From NCBI GenBank assembly GCA_036337435.1, contig JAYZEG010000027.1, positions 1-21,142 of the forward strand: 21,142 nucleotides of DNA, given 5' to 3'. Numbering within the stretch: position 1 is the first letter of the stretch; every line of letters starts with the position of its first letter. The position numbers were made by a program, and so were the translations under genes. The notes beneath the pieces were generated by a model, which worked only from the letters and a program-made list of their open reading frames with translations, made no database searches and had not been told where the DNA came from. This DNA is from Myxococcota bacterium (lineage in GTDB: Bacteria > Myxococcota_A > Bradymonadia > UBA7976 > UBA1532). This document shows positions 8,120-18,500 of the stretch, piece after piece.

Positions 8120-9328
8120 TTAAGGATGACTGATCACGGGGTTGGCCATCAGTGCTCGGATTTGCTGGGCACTGAGTTCGGCACCGGTCCCGTCTGCATG
8201 CATCAAATATCGGTTATCGTCCTCCAAGGTGTCATCAAATACGTCGTGTGTCACACCATCATACTCGCTGGTATGGACTAAACCTAAGGCATGACCCAGT
8301 TCGTGGGCGATGGTCTGACCGATGGCCGGTGGGTCTAAAAAACGATTGCCCGGTGGGACCGACAGAGGCCCCTTGGTGGCGACAGCGACCCCACTGGCCA
8401 CGGTGCCAGGCAAGAAGGGTGGGTTCGGTACAGCCGCCGCAACACCAGGAATGGACGGAAAATCGATGTCACCAGTGAGGATTTCGTCGACAAAGAACAC
8501 ATTGGCCCCATGGTGAGGTGCTGCGACCGATTGGCCAACCAAGCGGCCAAGACTCTCGTCACCCTCCTCGATAGACACGATGGCGAACTCCGAATCGATG
8601 TCGTGGTATGCCATTTCGCCCAACCGGATTCCAGCACGACCGTATAGGTCGATAACTCGATCGATGCACGCTGCGAAATAGGGGTCGGTCTGTACGCTAT
8701 CCGCCGTCCAGCCTTGGGCACCCGTGAAGTACAAATTCAGATCGATGGTCCCTGTGTCTGGCCAAATCGGCCCCTGCTTAATGAGCACACTGACTCGGAC
8801 CTCGTCGGCAGCAAAGCCATCTACCCATCCGACAATATCAACCACATGACGACCCGCATTAATGGCCGCGCCGGGCCGGTTGGGTGCAATGGTGGTGGAT
8901 ACACCCGCACTCTGGGTAGCGAAATTATTACACCGATAACAGCCTGCCTCGTTGCCCTCAAGGGCTGGCCAGCCGCTCGGAATTAGAGCGTACCCCGTCT
9001 CATCTTGCCAACCATCTATCCCATACCAACCGTCGTCTACACCCCAAATAATGACGGTGATGGATAACGCATTGGAGGGGACGATGAATGAGACTTGACC
9101 AAGTCCATTATCGATGGATACCCGCTGTCCATCGATGACTCGATCAATTCGAATCATTTGAGATGTTTGGTCACGAACCTCATCCAGTTCAACAGCGGCA
9201 TCAATGGAGTCAAAAATGATGGCATCGCCGCCCAGTTGCGGCATGGCTAAATTTGCCGACGACTCTTCGTCACAACCAGCAAGAAGCAAGCCCAATAGGC
9301 AACTAAGCCGAGTGAAATATGCGTTCAA
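8120..9328 (-). CDS. Zinc metalloprotease lipoprotein, metzincin clan (M43/pappalysin-like)
   Basis: HELGHALGLVH (HExxHxxGxxH) at 8305-8273, then Met-turn YLMH. Also IDLNLYF...ANVFFVD segments. The likely start is TTG 9328 after AGGAGG, giving LNAYFTRLSCLLGLLLAGC (lipobox LAGC). The track start at 9466 is probably too long. Confidence 0.85.
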   Translation of the reverse strand: MNAYFTRLSCLLGLLLAGCDEESSANLAMPQLGGDAIIFDSIDAAVELDEVRDQTSQMIRIDRVIDGQRVSIDNGLGQVSFIVPSNALSITVIIWGVDDGWYGIDGWQDETGYALIPSGWPALEGNEAGCYRCNNFATQSAGVSTTIAPNRPGAAINAGRHVVDIVGWVDGFAADEVRVSVLIKQGPIWPDTGTIDLNLYFTGAQGWTADSVQTDPYFAACIDRVIDLYGRAGIRLGEMAYHDIDSEFAIVSIEEGDESLGRLVGQSVAAPHHGANVFFVDEILTGDIDFPSIPGVAAAVPNPPFLPGTVASGVAVATKGPLSVPPGNRFLDPPAIGQTIAHELGHALGLVHTSEYDGVTHDVFDDTLEDDNRYLMHADGTGAELSAQQIRALMANPVISHP

Positions 9329-9489
9329 GACCCCTCCTTGACAATTCGACCCATCTGCCCGCGTTCCACCGGGCTTTGGAGCCACCGCTGAGTCCATAGC
9401 CTCCCAGGGACAAACGTGAAACGCAAGGTCGGGCGGATTCTCAAGGCGAGCGCATCTCGCACACAAATCAATGACGACCCGTTCTGATG

Positions 9490-10251
9490 TTAATCATCGC
9501 TCGCCGGGGGAGGTCGTCGGTAAGGTCTACGCCATCGCTGCTTGGACACGTCATAATTGGCACCACCGACGTGTACTTTAAGGGCCCCTTCACCTCGGCA
9601 TGCACGCTCGCATGTCGTATACATAAACGACACATAGGGCAGGCCCCTGACAGAGACAGCGCAGCGGTGGGGTTCGGGTACCGATGATAAGTGCACACGC
9701 CCATGGGCATACTTTAATTGAGCCAGCGTGCTGCCCACGCCAGTGCCTTCGATGGTTCTGATTTGTTGGCCCGGCGTCAGCGATAAGACCCGCTTCTCAT
9801 TGGCCAATGTAATGGTCAAATCCAGTTTTTTTAGACGAATTGTCGGGTAGCCTGCCATGTTAAAATGCCCGGCCTCCATGGCCTTATCATGGGACAGAGT
9901 TCGCGCAGCCTTTTGAAATGCCTGGTCGTATGGACGGCCTTCGAGCTTGTCAATAGACGCCGGGACAGGCTGACCAACCATAATCTCTCCGACACCCATT
10001 GGATTAATGAAGCGAGCTTGATTGGCATCGGTCTGCTCAATCTTTGGCTGCGTCTTACTGGGGATGATGGAGGGACTGCAGGTCAACCGGCCCGTCTTCG
10101 CATCGGTGACCACCTCCGGCCATTTTTTCTTAACCGAACTGGCCTCGTTTGAACCTTGGGCGAACGCCGAAGGCGCGCTACAAAGTCCGAAGAGTCCAAT
10201 GAGCACCAGCCCACTCAAAAAATAGAACCAGCCCCGACCCAATCCATTCAT
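9490..10251 (-). CDS. Secreted hypothetical protein, possibly YfeY/DUF1131-like
   Basis: 253 aa; signal peptide ending SAFA; start overlaps the upstream stop (ATGA, 10251-10248). Motifs GVGEIMVG, GTGVGSTLAQL and CAVSVRGLPYVSFMY recall YfeY-like proteins (inference). Confidence 0.7.
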   Translation of the reverse strand: MNGLGRGWFYFLSGLVLIGLFGLCSAPSAFAQGSNEASSVKKKWPEVVTDAKTGRLTCSPSIIPSKTQPKIEQTDANQARFINPMGVGEIMVGQPVPASIDKLEGRPYDQAFQKAARTLSHDKAMEAGHFNMAGYPTIRLKKLDLTITLANEKRVLSLTPGQQIRTIEGTGVGSTLAQLKYAHGRVHLSSVPEPHRCAVSVRGLPYVSFMYTTCERACRGEGALKVHVGGANYDVSKQRWRRPYRRPPPASDD

Positions 10252-11171
10252 TGCCGGTTCGATTCAGTCTTCGGTGGACCGTCGGCTGTTTTTTCATCAG
10301 GACCAAACCAATGATAGGTCAGGCCAAAGGTATAGACGGGTGAATCGCTTAAAATCAGGCTCAGATGGGCACCCACTTTGTCGGTGAAACGAAATGTCAA
10401 ATCGGCGTACAAGCCAGCAGCAAACAAAGAGTCCTCGCTCCCGAGTTCGAGTTCTGGCTTGTTTGGGTCAACCGGATTGCAATTTTGAGGGTCTCGCAGA
10501 CATTCCCAGCGACTTACGGAATCGAGCATTGCGTGACTAAAGAAGGTCAGGCCAAAGTGGCCCTCCCATCGATCAGACAAGAAGGCACCCCCCATTTTAA
10601 AGCCTTCCACAGCAATAATGGGATCATCGGCCAAGTATTGAGCTTCAAAATATCCTTTGTCTTGGTCTCCGATCTGCAATCGCGCCCAGGGTAGAAGTAA
10701 GTGGTCATCTCCATCATTGAGTTGCAGGTAGCTGGCACCGCCAAAGAGTCCAAAATATTGCCATTGATACCCTGCGCCTGAACTGAGTCCAATGAGTCGA
10801 TAACGGTCCCGACCTCGGATGGTAGCGAGTCCACTCTGGCTCGCCGTCGAAGATTCGGGCATTGCAATATACGACCGCAATTCGGTGGTCCGCCCTTCCG
10901 TCATGCGTACACTGCCCATTACAGCCAGACCGTTCTTTTTTCGGTAGTCAATCTTAGCCCCGCCCCCAAATTGTTCGTCTTTTTGACGAAAATCAGGCTG
11001 CCCGTCACACCCGCTTACGGTGTTGACCGGCTGCTTTGAATGACCATCCACTGTCACCTTGGTTTTGTCTTTGGAACGCTGAATGCTTCCGCAGTCGATG
11101 ATGAATACGAAAAAGGGCAGGAGCCATTTTAATTTGAGGCGTCGGTTCTTGGATATCGATTGGACTCTCAT
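10248..11171 (-). CDS. Putative outer-membrane beta-barrel protein
   Basis: ATG 11171 follows GGAG. Basic then hydrophobic N-terminus with Cys (FIIDC). Many alternating amphipathic strands with aromatic ends: GAGYQWQYFGLFGGASY, WEGHFGLTFF, GLYADLTFRF, VYTFGLTYHWF. Confidence 0.7.
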   Translation of the reverse strand: MRVQSISKNRRLKLKWLLPFFVFIIDCGSIQRSKDKTKVTVDGHSKQPVNTVSGCDGQPDFRQKDEQFGGGAKIDYRKKNGLAVMGSVRMTEGRTTELRSYIAMPESSTASQSGLATIRGRDRYRLIGLSSGAGYQWQYFGLFGGASYLQLNDGDDHLLLPWARLQIGDQDKGYFEAQYLADDPIIAVEGFKMGGAFLSDRWEGHFGLTFFSHAMLDSVSRWECLRDPQNCNPVDPNKPELELGSEDSLFAAGLYADLTFRFTDKVGAHLSLILSDSPVYTFGLTYHWFGPDEKTADGPPKTESNRQ

Positions 11172-11402
11172 ATGGCAGCTCCTCCACTGTACAACGCGCA
11201 GGCTAGGGTCGCACAAAACTCAAATGCGGTAAATCCTGGTCTGTCTGATGCAAGTCCCAAACAAAACGACGTCGAGCGTAAGCGACTGGGATACCGGGCC
11301 TTTTGTTTGTGGCTGCGCGGGGCGTAGAAATAAGCAAAACCGACGGTCGCCAAGGGGCTGAATCTGCGCTATCGTCATCGTGCTAAAGGTACGGGCGTAG
11401 GC

Positions 11403-13301
11403 ATGAGCGACGAGAGCAATTACGACGATTCGACTGAAGAGTTGACCATACCCATTGAGGTCATTCATGACGTTCTAGGCGGGCATGCCAGTGAACAGGA
11501 CCATGCCATTTTTCAGGCTTGGGTGGAGAGTGCTGCTCACGCATCGGGTCCCGGTGCAACTCATGTGCTGGAAGGAAAGCCCACCCATCCCCTTCCTATC
11601 AGCATGTTGGCCATGCTCCAAGAGTGGGATAAAAAAGATAAGACTGAACTGGTCGAACGGGAACTCTTGGGCGAGGGTGGAATGGCTGTTGTCTATCTTG
11701 CAGATCAGACGATTCCGCCTCGGCAGGTTGCTGTCAAACGGCTGAGAGAAAACACTGTTGAGCGAGCTCAAAACCTCTTTTCAGAGGCTCTTTTGACCGG
11801 TGCATTAGAACACCCGAACATCATCCCCGTTCACTCCATCAGAGTGGATCCAATCAAGGGGCCCGAGGTGGTGCTCAAGCGCGTCGAGGGCATCTCACTT
11901 TCCGAGGCCTATTCAGAAGATGGTGCCAGCGAAGCGGGTTTGCGGCGGCTCTTGCCAAAGCTATTACAGGTCTGCAACGCCCTTGAGTACGCCCACGCCC
12001 GAAATATTTACCACCGGGATATAAAAGCTGAAAACATTATGCTCGGACAATATGGTGAGGTTTACTTGCTCGATTGGGGCATTGCCATCGATAAAAATGC
12101 GGAGCGTGGAGTCAATCGTGGCACCGTCGGCACCCCCCATTATATCGCACCCGAGATGTTGTCGGGCGAACCGGACAAAGTCGATGCACGAACCGACGTG
12201 TATCTCCTTGGCGCAACACTTCACTTTCTGCTCACTGGAGAGCCGCGACATAATGCACCGACAACACTGAGTGCGGCGGTCATGGCGTCCCAGTCTAAGC
12301 CCGCTGCATATCCTGGCTCAGTTTTCCCAGAGTTAGGTCTTCTCGCCAACCGCGCCTGTGCTCTCGATCCAGATGATAGACCTCAGACCGTCTCAGAGTT
12401 TAGACACGCTGTTGAAGATTGTTTGACCCATTGGGATGCCATGCGAACAGTACAGTTGGCCCAACCTGACTTCGAGTTTGTGATGGAAGCGGGGGCGACT
12501 GGCAGCGAATTAGCCGACAGTGTTCGCCATTTTGATGCAGCGGTTTTGCGTTTTCAGGTGGCATTATCTAGTTGGCCCGACTGCAAGGAGGCCGCCTCGC
12601 GCTTGACTCAAGTCCGGTTGGCCATGACTCGCCTTTATTTGGACTCAAACGATTCAAAAGCAGCCAAACTACTCCTCAATCAGGTCTCTGCACATACCGT
12701 TGCCGACAAACGAGCCGTCGACGCACTTCGCAGGGCTGTCGAGCAAGCAAGCCAAAAAGAAAGTCGAGTCTACGAGCATGCGGCCGCCAATGACATTAGC
12801 ACGTCCAGAACAGGCCGAAGACGCGCGGCCTATGCAATGCTGGCCGTCTGCGCCATCGCCGTCGCTGTAACGAGTTATCAGCAAGTCAGCGAAAAAGTGA
12901 GCCGAACCGCTGGGCAAGGCCTCGGGATTTGGCTGATTGGGACTGTCATTGTCGTTGGTGTCTTGTTTTTTAATCGGCGTGTCATGCTCGAGAATGATGC
13001 AGGCCGGCGTGCCATGCTCCTTTTGATTCTCGCCCCGATATTAATTGCCGCCATTCGAACGGTTGTCTACATTCACGGCCTCAACCCGGCCCTCATTCAT
13101 CCCATCGAGACCTTCGCTATCGCCCACGTCTGCGCCACCTCGGTTGAAGTCTTCCCGCGAGGCCCTTACTTTGCCATCGCTGGGGTCGGCTTAGGCATTT
13201 TAGGCCTACTGGTGCCAGATGTTGCCTACGCCAGTTTTGTCACCGCATTACTCCTGGCCTGCATCGGCTTCGTCTGGCAGCGACTCAATTGGCTGAAATA
13301 A
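11403..13301 (+). CDS. Hanks-type Ser/Thr protein kinase with a helical middle region and about 6 C-terminal TM helices
   Basis: GEGGMAVV, VAVKRL, LEHPNIIPV, HRDIKAEN, DWG, GTPHYIAPE, DVYLLG and DRP motifs; hydrophobic C-terminal ~160 aa. Confidence 0.95.
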   Translation: MSDESNYDDSTEELTIPIEVIHDVLGGHASEQDHAIFQAWVESAAHASGPGATHVLEGKPTHPLPISMLAMLQEWDKKDKTELVERELLGEGGMAVVYLADQTIPPRQVAVKRLRENTVERAQNLFSEALLTGALEHPNIIPVHSIRVDPIKGPEVVLKRVEGISLSEAYSEDGASEAGLRRLLPKLLQVCNALEYAHARNIYHRDIKAENIMLGQYGEVYLLDWGIAIDKNAERGVNRGTVGTPHYIAPEMLSGEPDKVDARTDVYLLGATLHFLLTGEPRHNAPTTLSAAVMASQSKPAAYPGSVFPELGLLANRACALDPDDRPQTVSEFRHAVEDCLTHWDAMRTVQLAQPDFEFVMEAGATGSELADSVRHFDAAVLRFQVALSSWPDCKEAASRLTQVRLAMTRLYLDSNDSKAAKLLLNQVSAHTVADKRAVDALRRAVEQASQKESRVYEHAAANDISTSRTGRRRAAYAMLAVCAIAVAVTSYQQVSEKVSRTAGQGLGIWLIGTVIVVGVLFFNRRVMLENDAGRRAMLLLILAPILIAAIRTVVYIHGLNPALIHPIETFAIAHVCATSVEVFPRGPYFAIAGVGLGILGLLVPDVAYASFVTALLLACIGFVWQRLNWLK

Positions 13302-13381
13302 AGACTGGCATGAGTCCATAGCAACCCGGTTTTCAAGGGCAACCATCAACCGATGAGCCAATCTCTTAAGTCAGTCTTTGG

Positions 13382-15034
13382 TCACGGTGACACAGTCACC
13401 ATGAGACTGGCATGTCCAGCACTCGATCCATCGAGGAAGTCCAAGTCCACCCGATGTAGACCGGGTTCTCTAAAAGTCCAGGTGAGAGTCGGCGTTGTTG
13501 TCGGAAACCCAAGTGAGTCTCCATCGATTGAAAAGCCAAAGCCTTGGAGGTCACGAGAGTGTTCCGCGCTGGCCGTATAGGTCACCGGCACGCCAACTGC
13601 CGTTTGCAATGGGCCTGACAAGGTAATCGTCCTCGGCCGCTGCCGTGGCTGGCTGGCCGATTCTTGACAGCTGAAATAAGCCAGACCGCCTGTGTACGAG
13701 ACGAGAACGCCGTCGCCACTGGGGCCCAATTGTATCCCGACTGGCTCACTGCCCGTATTGCCCCAATGCTCGGCTCCCCTGGCATCAAAATTAAGGGGGT
13801 TCAAGGTGTGAAGTCGCTCACCGGAGTCGGTGCGCTCAATGACGACCTGACCTCGGCTGTCTAAGTGGGCAAACAATCGCCCATCACGAGAAAATGTAAG
13901 CGGTGATACATCGATGGGCATGTAACTCAATCGATTGAGACCGAGAATGCTGATATCGCTCCGAGTTGGCATGTCTGCGAGGTCAGGGAAACGCCATTGT
14001 CGAAGCTTTGCCACAGCCTGTCCGTGATCGTCCGCTTCCATGGTCACAGCGAGAAGACGAGTGTCATCATGATTGAATGCAACATTGACCACCTTGCTCA
14101 TCGGGCCCGTTGGCAGTTCCAGCTCCATGCCGGCTACCAAGTCAAATAATCTCATGTCGTGACGGTAACGCTGGGTGAGGACCAGATAGCGACCCGCCTT
14201 GCTCAAGAGTCTAGATTCAAAACCGAAAACTGGGTTGTAAAGGCATTCTCCAGGCACTGTCATCTCAGCGTCTACAACACCGGTTGCAACATCGATGGTT
14301 CGAATTCTGGTATCGCGAGTTCGCGGTGATGTCCTCAGGCAATCAGACAACACGGCGGTTTCCCCATTTGGACTCACCATGAGCTGCGGACGGTATAAGT
14401 TATCGCCCAGTGGCATACGCCAGCCCTCACCGCCGACATTGGGTCGGGCAACCAAAACCATAGGCTCATTACCCCTGCATTCACCTTGGCATCGGTGCTC
14501 CAATGTGACGTTCAGATCATTTTTAGGATTGAGCATTCGAGGCAGGGCGTCGGTCTCAATTTGAAACAGTGGCTCACCATCTGCCGTCCGGTACGCCGTT
14601 GCAAATGCACCATCTAACGGATGGGTTCTGATGAGGTCAGAATCAAACGTGGCTCCGTAGACCAAGCGTCCATTGTTCGACAATTTGGCTGACCGAATCC
14701 CGTTATATAGTTCACCTCCGTCTTGGGACCATCTTGGACTCAGGTTACATTGCGGATCACCAAGTTGCACTGCTTTGGGGGCCTCTGTGGGGCAGTAGAG
14801 ACAATCATTGGAGCGTCCCCCTCCATCTCTGATTTGGCGACTCACTTCGATTGTAGAGCCAGAGTGATTGAATTGGGCTCTCACCGCTGGCGAAATAGAA
14901 ACCAGAGATTCTGGCTGCTGCGGAGGTCTGCCTTGGCCAAACTCCGTATCTTGGACGGAGGTGGCATCGACAATGCACCCCATGGACAAAAGCAGACTTA
15001 AACTCATTGGCACTGCACAAAATCGTCTTTTCAT
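13382..15034 (-). CDS. Lipoprotein with a WD40/YVTN-like beta-propeller and a C-terminal PKD (Ig-like) domain
   Basis: ATG 15034 follows GAGGAG; MKRRF...LLLSMGC lipobox. Blade motifs LSNNGRLVY, VSPNGETAV, AFNHDDTRLL, TFSRDGRLFA, LGPSGDGVLV. PKD-like end AVGVPVTYTA...LTWTFREPGLHRVDL...LMVTV. Confidence 0.8.
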   Translation of the reverse strand: MKRRFCAVPMSLSLLLSMGCIVDATSVQDTEFGQGRPPQQPESLVSISPAVRAQFNHSGSTIEVSRQIRDGGGRSNDCLYCPTEAPKAVQLGDPQCNLSPRWSQDGGELYNGIRSAKLSNNGRLVYGATFDSDLIRTHPLDGAFATAYRTADGEPLFQIETDALPRMLNPKNDLNVTLEHRCQGECRGNEPMVLVARPNVGGEGWRMPLGDNLYRPQLMVSPNGETAVLSDCLRTSPRTRDTRIRTIDVATGVVDAEMTVPGECLYNPVFGFESRLLSKAGRYLVLTQRYRHDMRLFDLVAGMELELPTGPMSKVVNVAFNHDDTRLLAVTMEADDHGQAVAKLRQWRFPDLADMPTRSDISILGLNRLSYMPIDVSPLTFSRDGRLFAHLDSRGQVVIERTDSGERLHTLNPLNFDARGAEHWGNTGSEPVGIQLGPSGDGVLVSYTGGLAYFSCQESASQPRQRPRTITLSGPLQTAVGVPVTYTASAEHSRDLQGFGFSIDGDSLGFPTTTPTLTWTFREPGLHRVDLDFLDGSSAGHASLMVTVSP

Positions 15035-15089
15035 TCTCTCATCTCCTCGTTTGTGACTGATGGCGTGCGCCGTCGCTGACACAATTGAG

Positions 15090-15167
15090 ACTAATGAACA
15101 GCACTAATAAACAAAATCGATACTTTAGATACAAATCAATATCTTAAAACGATACAATCTCATGAGA
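15090..15167. promoter_or_regulatory. AT-rich divergent control region with direct repeats and a palindrome
   Basis: ACTAATGAACA (15090-15100) and ACTAATAAACA (15103-15113); GATACAA at 15128 and 15151; perfect palindrome TCTCATGAGA at 15158-15167. Confidence 0.4.
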
Positions 15168-15544
15168 ACAGCGTCGTATCTCCAGACTCAATGGATCGTT
15201 TTTTTGGGAAATAAAAAGACCTTGCGTACTCCGTTTCGGCGTCCTGCCGTTCATACGAGGTCGGTCACGTTGAAGACGCCTGGAATCGGAACCGGCAGAG
15301 ACCATTTACAACGAACTCAATGGGCGACTTGACGTGATCGACGCAGTGTCGACAAAGAACAGCACGTCTTTTTCACCGTTTGCCGGTCCGCTTGAACAAC
15401 AGGTCTCGCGCGACAACCGAGATTTTGGGAAATCAATTGGCGACACACTCAACTTAAACGTATCGTGTAGGGTACATGTGGAGCGCGCCGCCGAGCGACA
15501 CGTCGTCATTTCATGATCGAGCAGCGGCGATAGGGGGGAATTCA

Positions 15545-18500
15545 ATGTCTAGGAGCCTGCAGGCGCGTAAAGCGTTATCAATTTTTATATCCATCGCGTT
15601 TTTTACACTGTCTTGTAACCCACCGAATAACGCGTCGAGCGATGCTGCGGTGGCCGATGGCTTTGGCGATGGCATGCTGCTCATGGACGGTGGCGTCGAT
15701 GCCATGGTTGATGGCGGTGCCGACATGGGCCCACCCACAGTCTGCGATCCGGACCCATTTGCCCCGGCCCGACCCCTGTGGTCGCAAGTCGACAATCCGA
15801 ACAACTACGCCACAGGCCCCTACCCTGATTATGAGACAATTTCCAACAACTTCACGGTCCTCGAATCCATCACACTGCTGATTTCAGTTTTTACGAAGGC
15901 CATTGAGAAGCTAGACGCGGTCAAGTCGGCCGATTTAAGCGGGCAATTGTCCAATTTGCTGGATCCGAATCAAGTATTTGGACATTGCATCTGTAACCAA
16001 TGTGGTCAACTGTCGCCCGAGGAAATCTGGGTTGAAGCCACTGAAGGTGTCTTGGAACTGGCCCAGAATACCGCCGCTAATCTACCGTCGACTTTTGCTG
16101 TGATGCTCAACGAGATCATACAAACCCGACTGGATTTCTTGAGACTGAGCTTCATCGAGACCAAAGATTATATTTTATCGCGACCAGAACAGGTCGTCGA
16201 CAACATCACGATGACCATCGAAATGCAGGTGCAAACGCTGCTCAATGATGCACAAGCCACGCTGGCGAGCGCGAACGCCGGATCCATCAATACAACCGTT
16301 CAAAACTACCAAGCTCAACTGGACACGGTTTACACCGGCCTGAAAGACACGATTGTCGATAGCTTTGACACGGTCAAGTCCACAGTCGAAGCACTTTTAG
16401 ATGTCAATAACCCACCCAGTATCACCAAACTATGGGCCGATGTCGTCGCCCTCTGGGAGATCTTTAAAGATGTAAACCAAATCTCGGACTTGACCTGTCC
16501 CGACAATCATCCAAATGACCAATGCGTCGATTTCGATGAGGTCAAGACTCTCATCAGCAGCATCGAAAGCCAAATCACCCAAATGGTAACCTTGGTCCAA
16601 GGTGCCATAACAGCACTCACCAACAGCTACGATGCGGCGATGGAAGCCATCGATCAGGCCACTGAACTCACGACGGATCTTACAGCTAGTCTACAGGCCA
16701 ATATTGAGGGTCAAATCAACGGGACCATTGCCAGTGTCAATGGTCTTCAAGCCGACTTTGATACGTTTCAAATGAACCTACCCGGAACGATCCAAGCTGA
16801 AGTGGAAGCCGGCTTAAACGATATACTTAATGAAATCCAATCCTTATTCGACGATTGCCAACAGGTGGTGACGGGTGTCGGCATAGGTCAGGATTTACAA
16901 GACGTAGCCCTCAATCAACTCGATGCCCAAATCATCGGACCATTTACAGACGTCATCAACGACGCTCTCGGAGGCTGCTATGCGCGGGCTCGGCGGCAGG
17001 GTTGTAATGAATACTGCGATGGAAATGGGGGCGTGTTCCTGTGGTTTCCGACGGACATTTTTAAAGATCCGAGCCAAGCGGGGGCTGCTGCACTCTTCGC
17101 GCTTGACCAAGTCGGCTTCTTGGACGAAGTGGCCGAACTCACCAATGGAGACAGCCCATTTCTAGACGGTGTCAATGCGGCCATTGGCGCGTTGGGCGAT
17201 GCCGCCTCCTTCCTCGCGAATATCCAAGAGCTTCTCGCTGCGTTCCTCGAATATGTGGATCGATTTACAGAGGGATATCACCTCGGTGCCTACGACACGC
17301 AACGACCCGATTTACATATGTGCATCGGCTACGCAGGTCATGGCGCCTACGCGCAAATGGGCAATCTTGGCAATGGTCGCGTCAGCATTGGCGCACGCTA
17401 CACCTCACATAATCTCAGTAAGAAACATCGAGCACAATTTCGCTCCGGTGGCTTTGCAGTCCAAGCCTTCGGTCGAGGTTTAAGTCTGTTGCCGACCATC
17501 GAAATCAATACGCAGATCGATGGCTGGAAATGGTGGGATGCCCAAAGACCCTTTGGTTTAAATCTCGGTGGGTCGATCCCGGTATCAGACATCGTCGATT
17601 ACGACGTATTTCACCTCGTCGATGAAAACCAACTTGGGTCATTGGCCAGCAATGGACAGGTCGGGTTTGGTAATTTCCTCATTAAAGATCTCTATACGGC
17701 GCAGTACAGCAACGGCGTAGGTGGCCCCCATGAATGGCCACGACCCTCTGCCCGCGACACCGTGGGCTGGGAACGGTATTCAACGGCGGTTTTATCGGCC
17801 GGGTTGAACCTCAACTTGGACATGACCCCGCAGCGTTGGGATTTGCCAACAATCCAGATCTATCCACCCATATTGTCTGCAACACCGTTCTTTGCCTTGG
17901 CCGCCGGTGTGGCTTGGTACCATGACGCCAATTATCTTCTTCGTGATCTAAGAGACAAGATCAACGAGGGACTCAGCGGCTCTGACCAACTCACTGATGC
18001 GGACTTCCAACGCGACATGCATGACTTCCAAGCCCCAGACTTGTCGGCAGATAATGGCACCAGTGCCTATGTTGAGCCAGAAGTCGGCGTCGATGTGTTT
18101 TTGGGCTTTAAGATCTGGAAAATTAAGATCGGTGCGGGCGCACTGCTGAGTGTCTCAGTCAAGGTAGAGCCCAGCGGCAACGGCGGTGTTCTCGACTTAA
18201 ACGCCGCTTTAGCCGACTTGCTCATGCTGACCAACACGCCAGCTGAGGCACCGTGCGAACCCGTGATGAGTACATCGACTTCAAAGGTCTGCAGCAATAA
18301 GAACATGCGCGATCCAGATGGCAATCCGGTGAGCCAGAATACCTACGCCTGCGAGCCGAATAGCGGCAGCGGATCGTGCTGTTTGCGCATCGCCAACAAG
18401 ATCGCATGTATCGATGGTTGGACGGGGATTGATCAAAACCTCTGTGAACAAATTAACGTCGTCCACGACACTCGAGAAGACGCCATTGAATTCTTAGACG

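Noticed and set aside
9329..9466. N-terminal extension of the metalloprotease in the ORF track
   Set aside because: An AGGAGG site with TTG at 9328 puts the lipoprotein signal at the N-terminus, which fits better.
13300..13379. Inverted repeat AAAGACTGGC...GTCAGTCTTT between the convergent kinase and propeller genes
   Set aside because: The arms are about 60 nt apart and seen only once, which is too weak to call a terminator or MITE.
15306..15545. Small ORFs 15334..15516 (+) and 15306..15545 (-) in the divergent intergenic region
   Set aside because: They have non-ATG starts, no clear RBS and no recognisable protein features.
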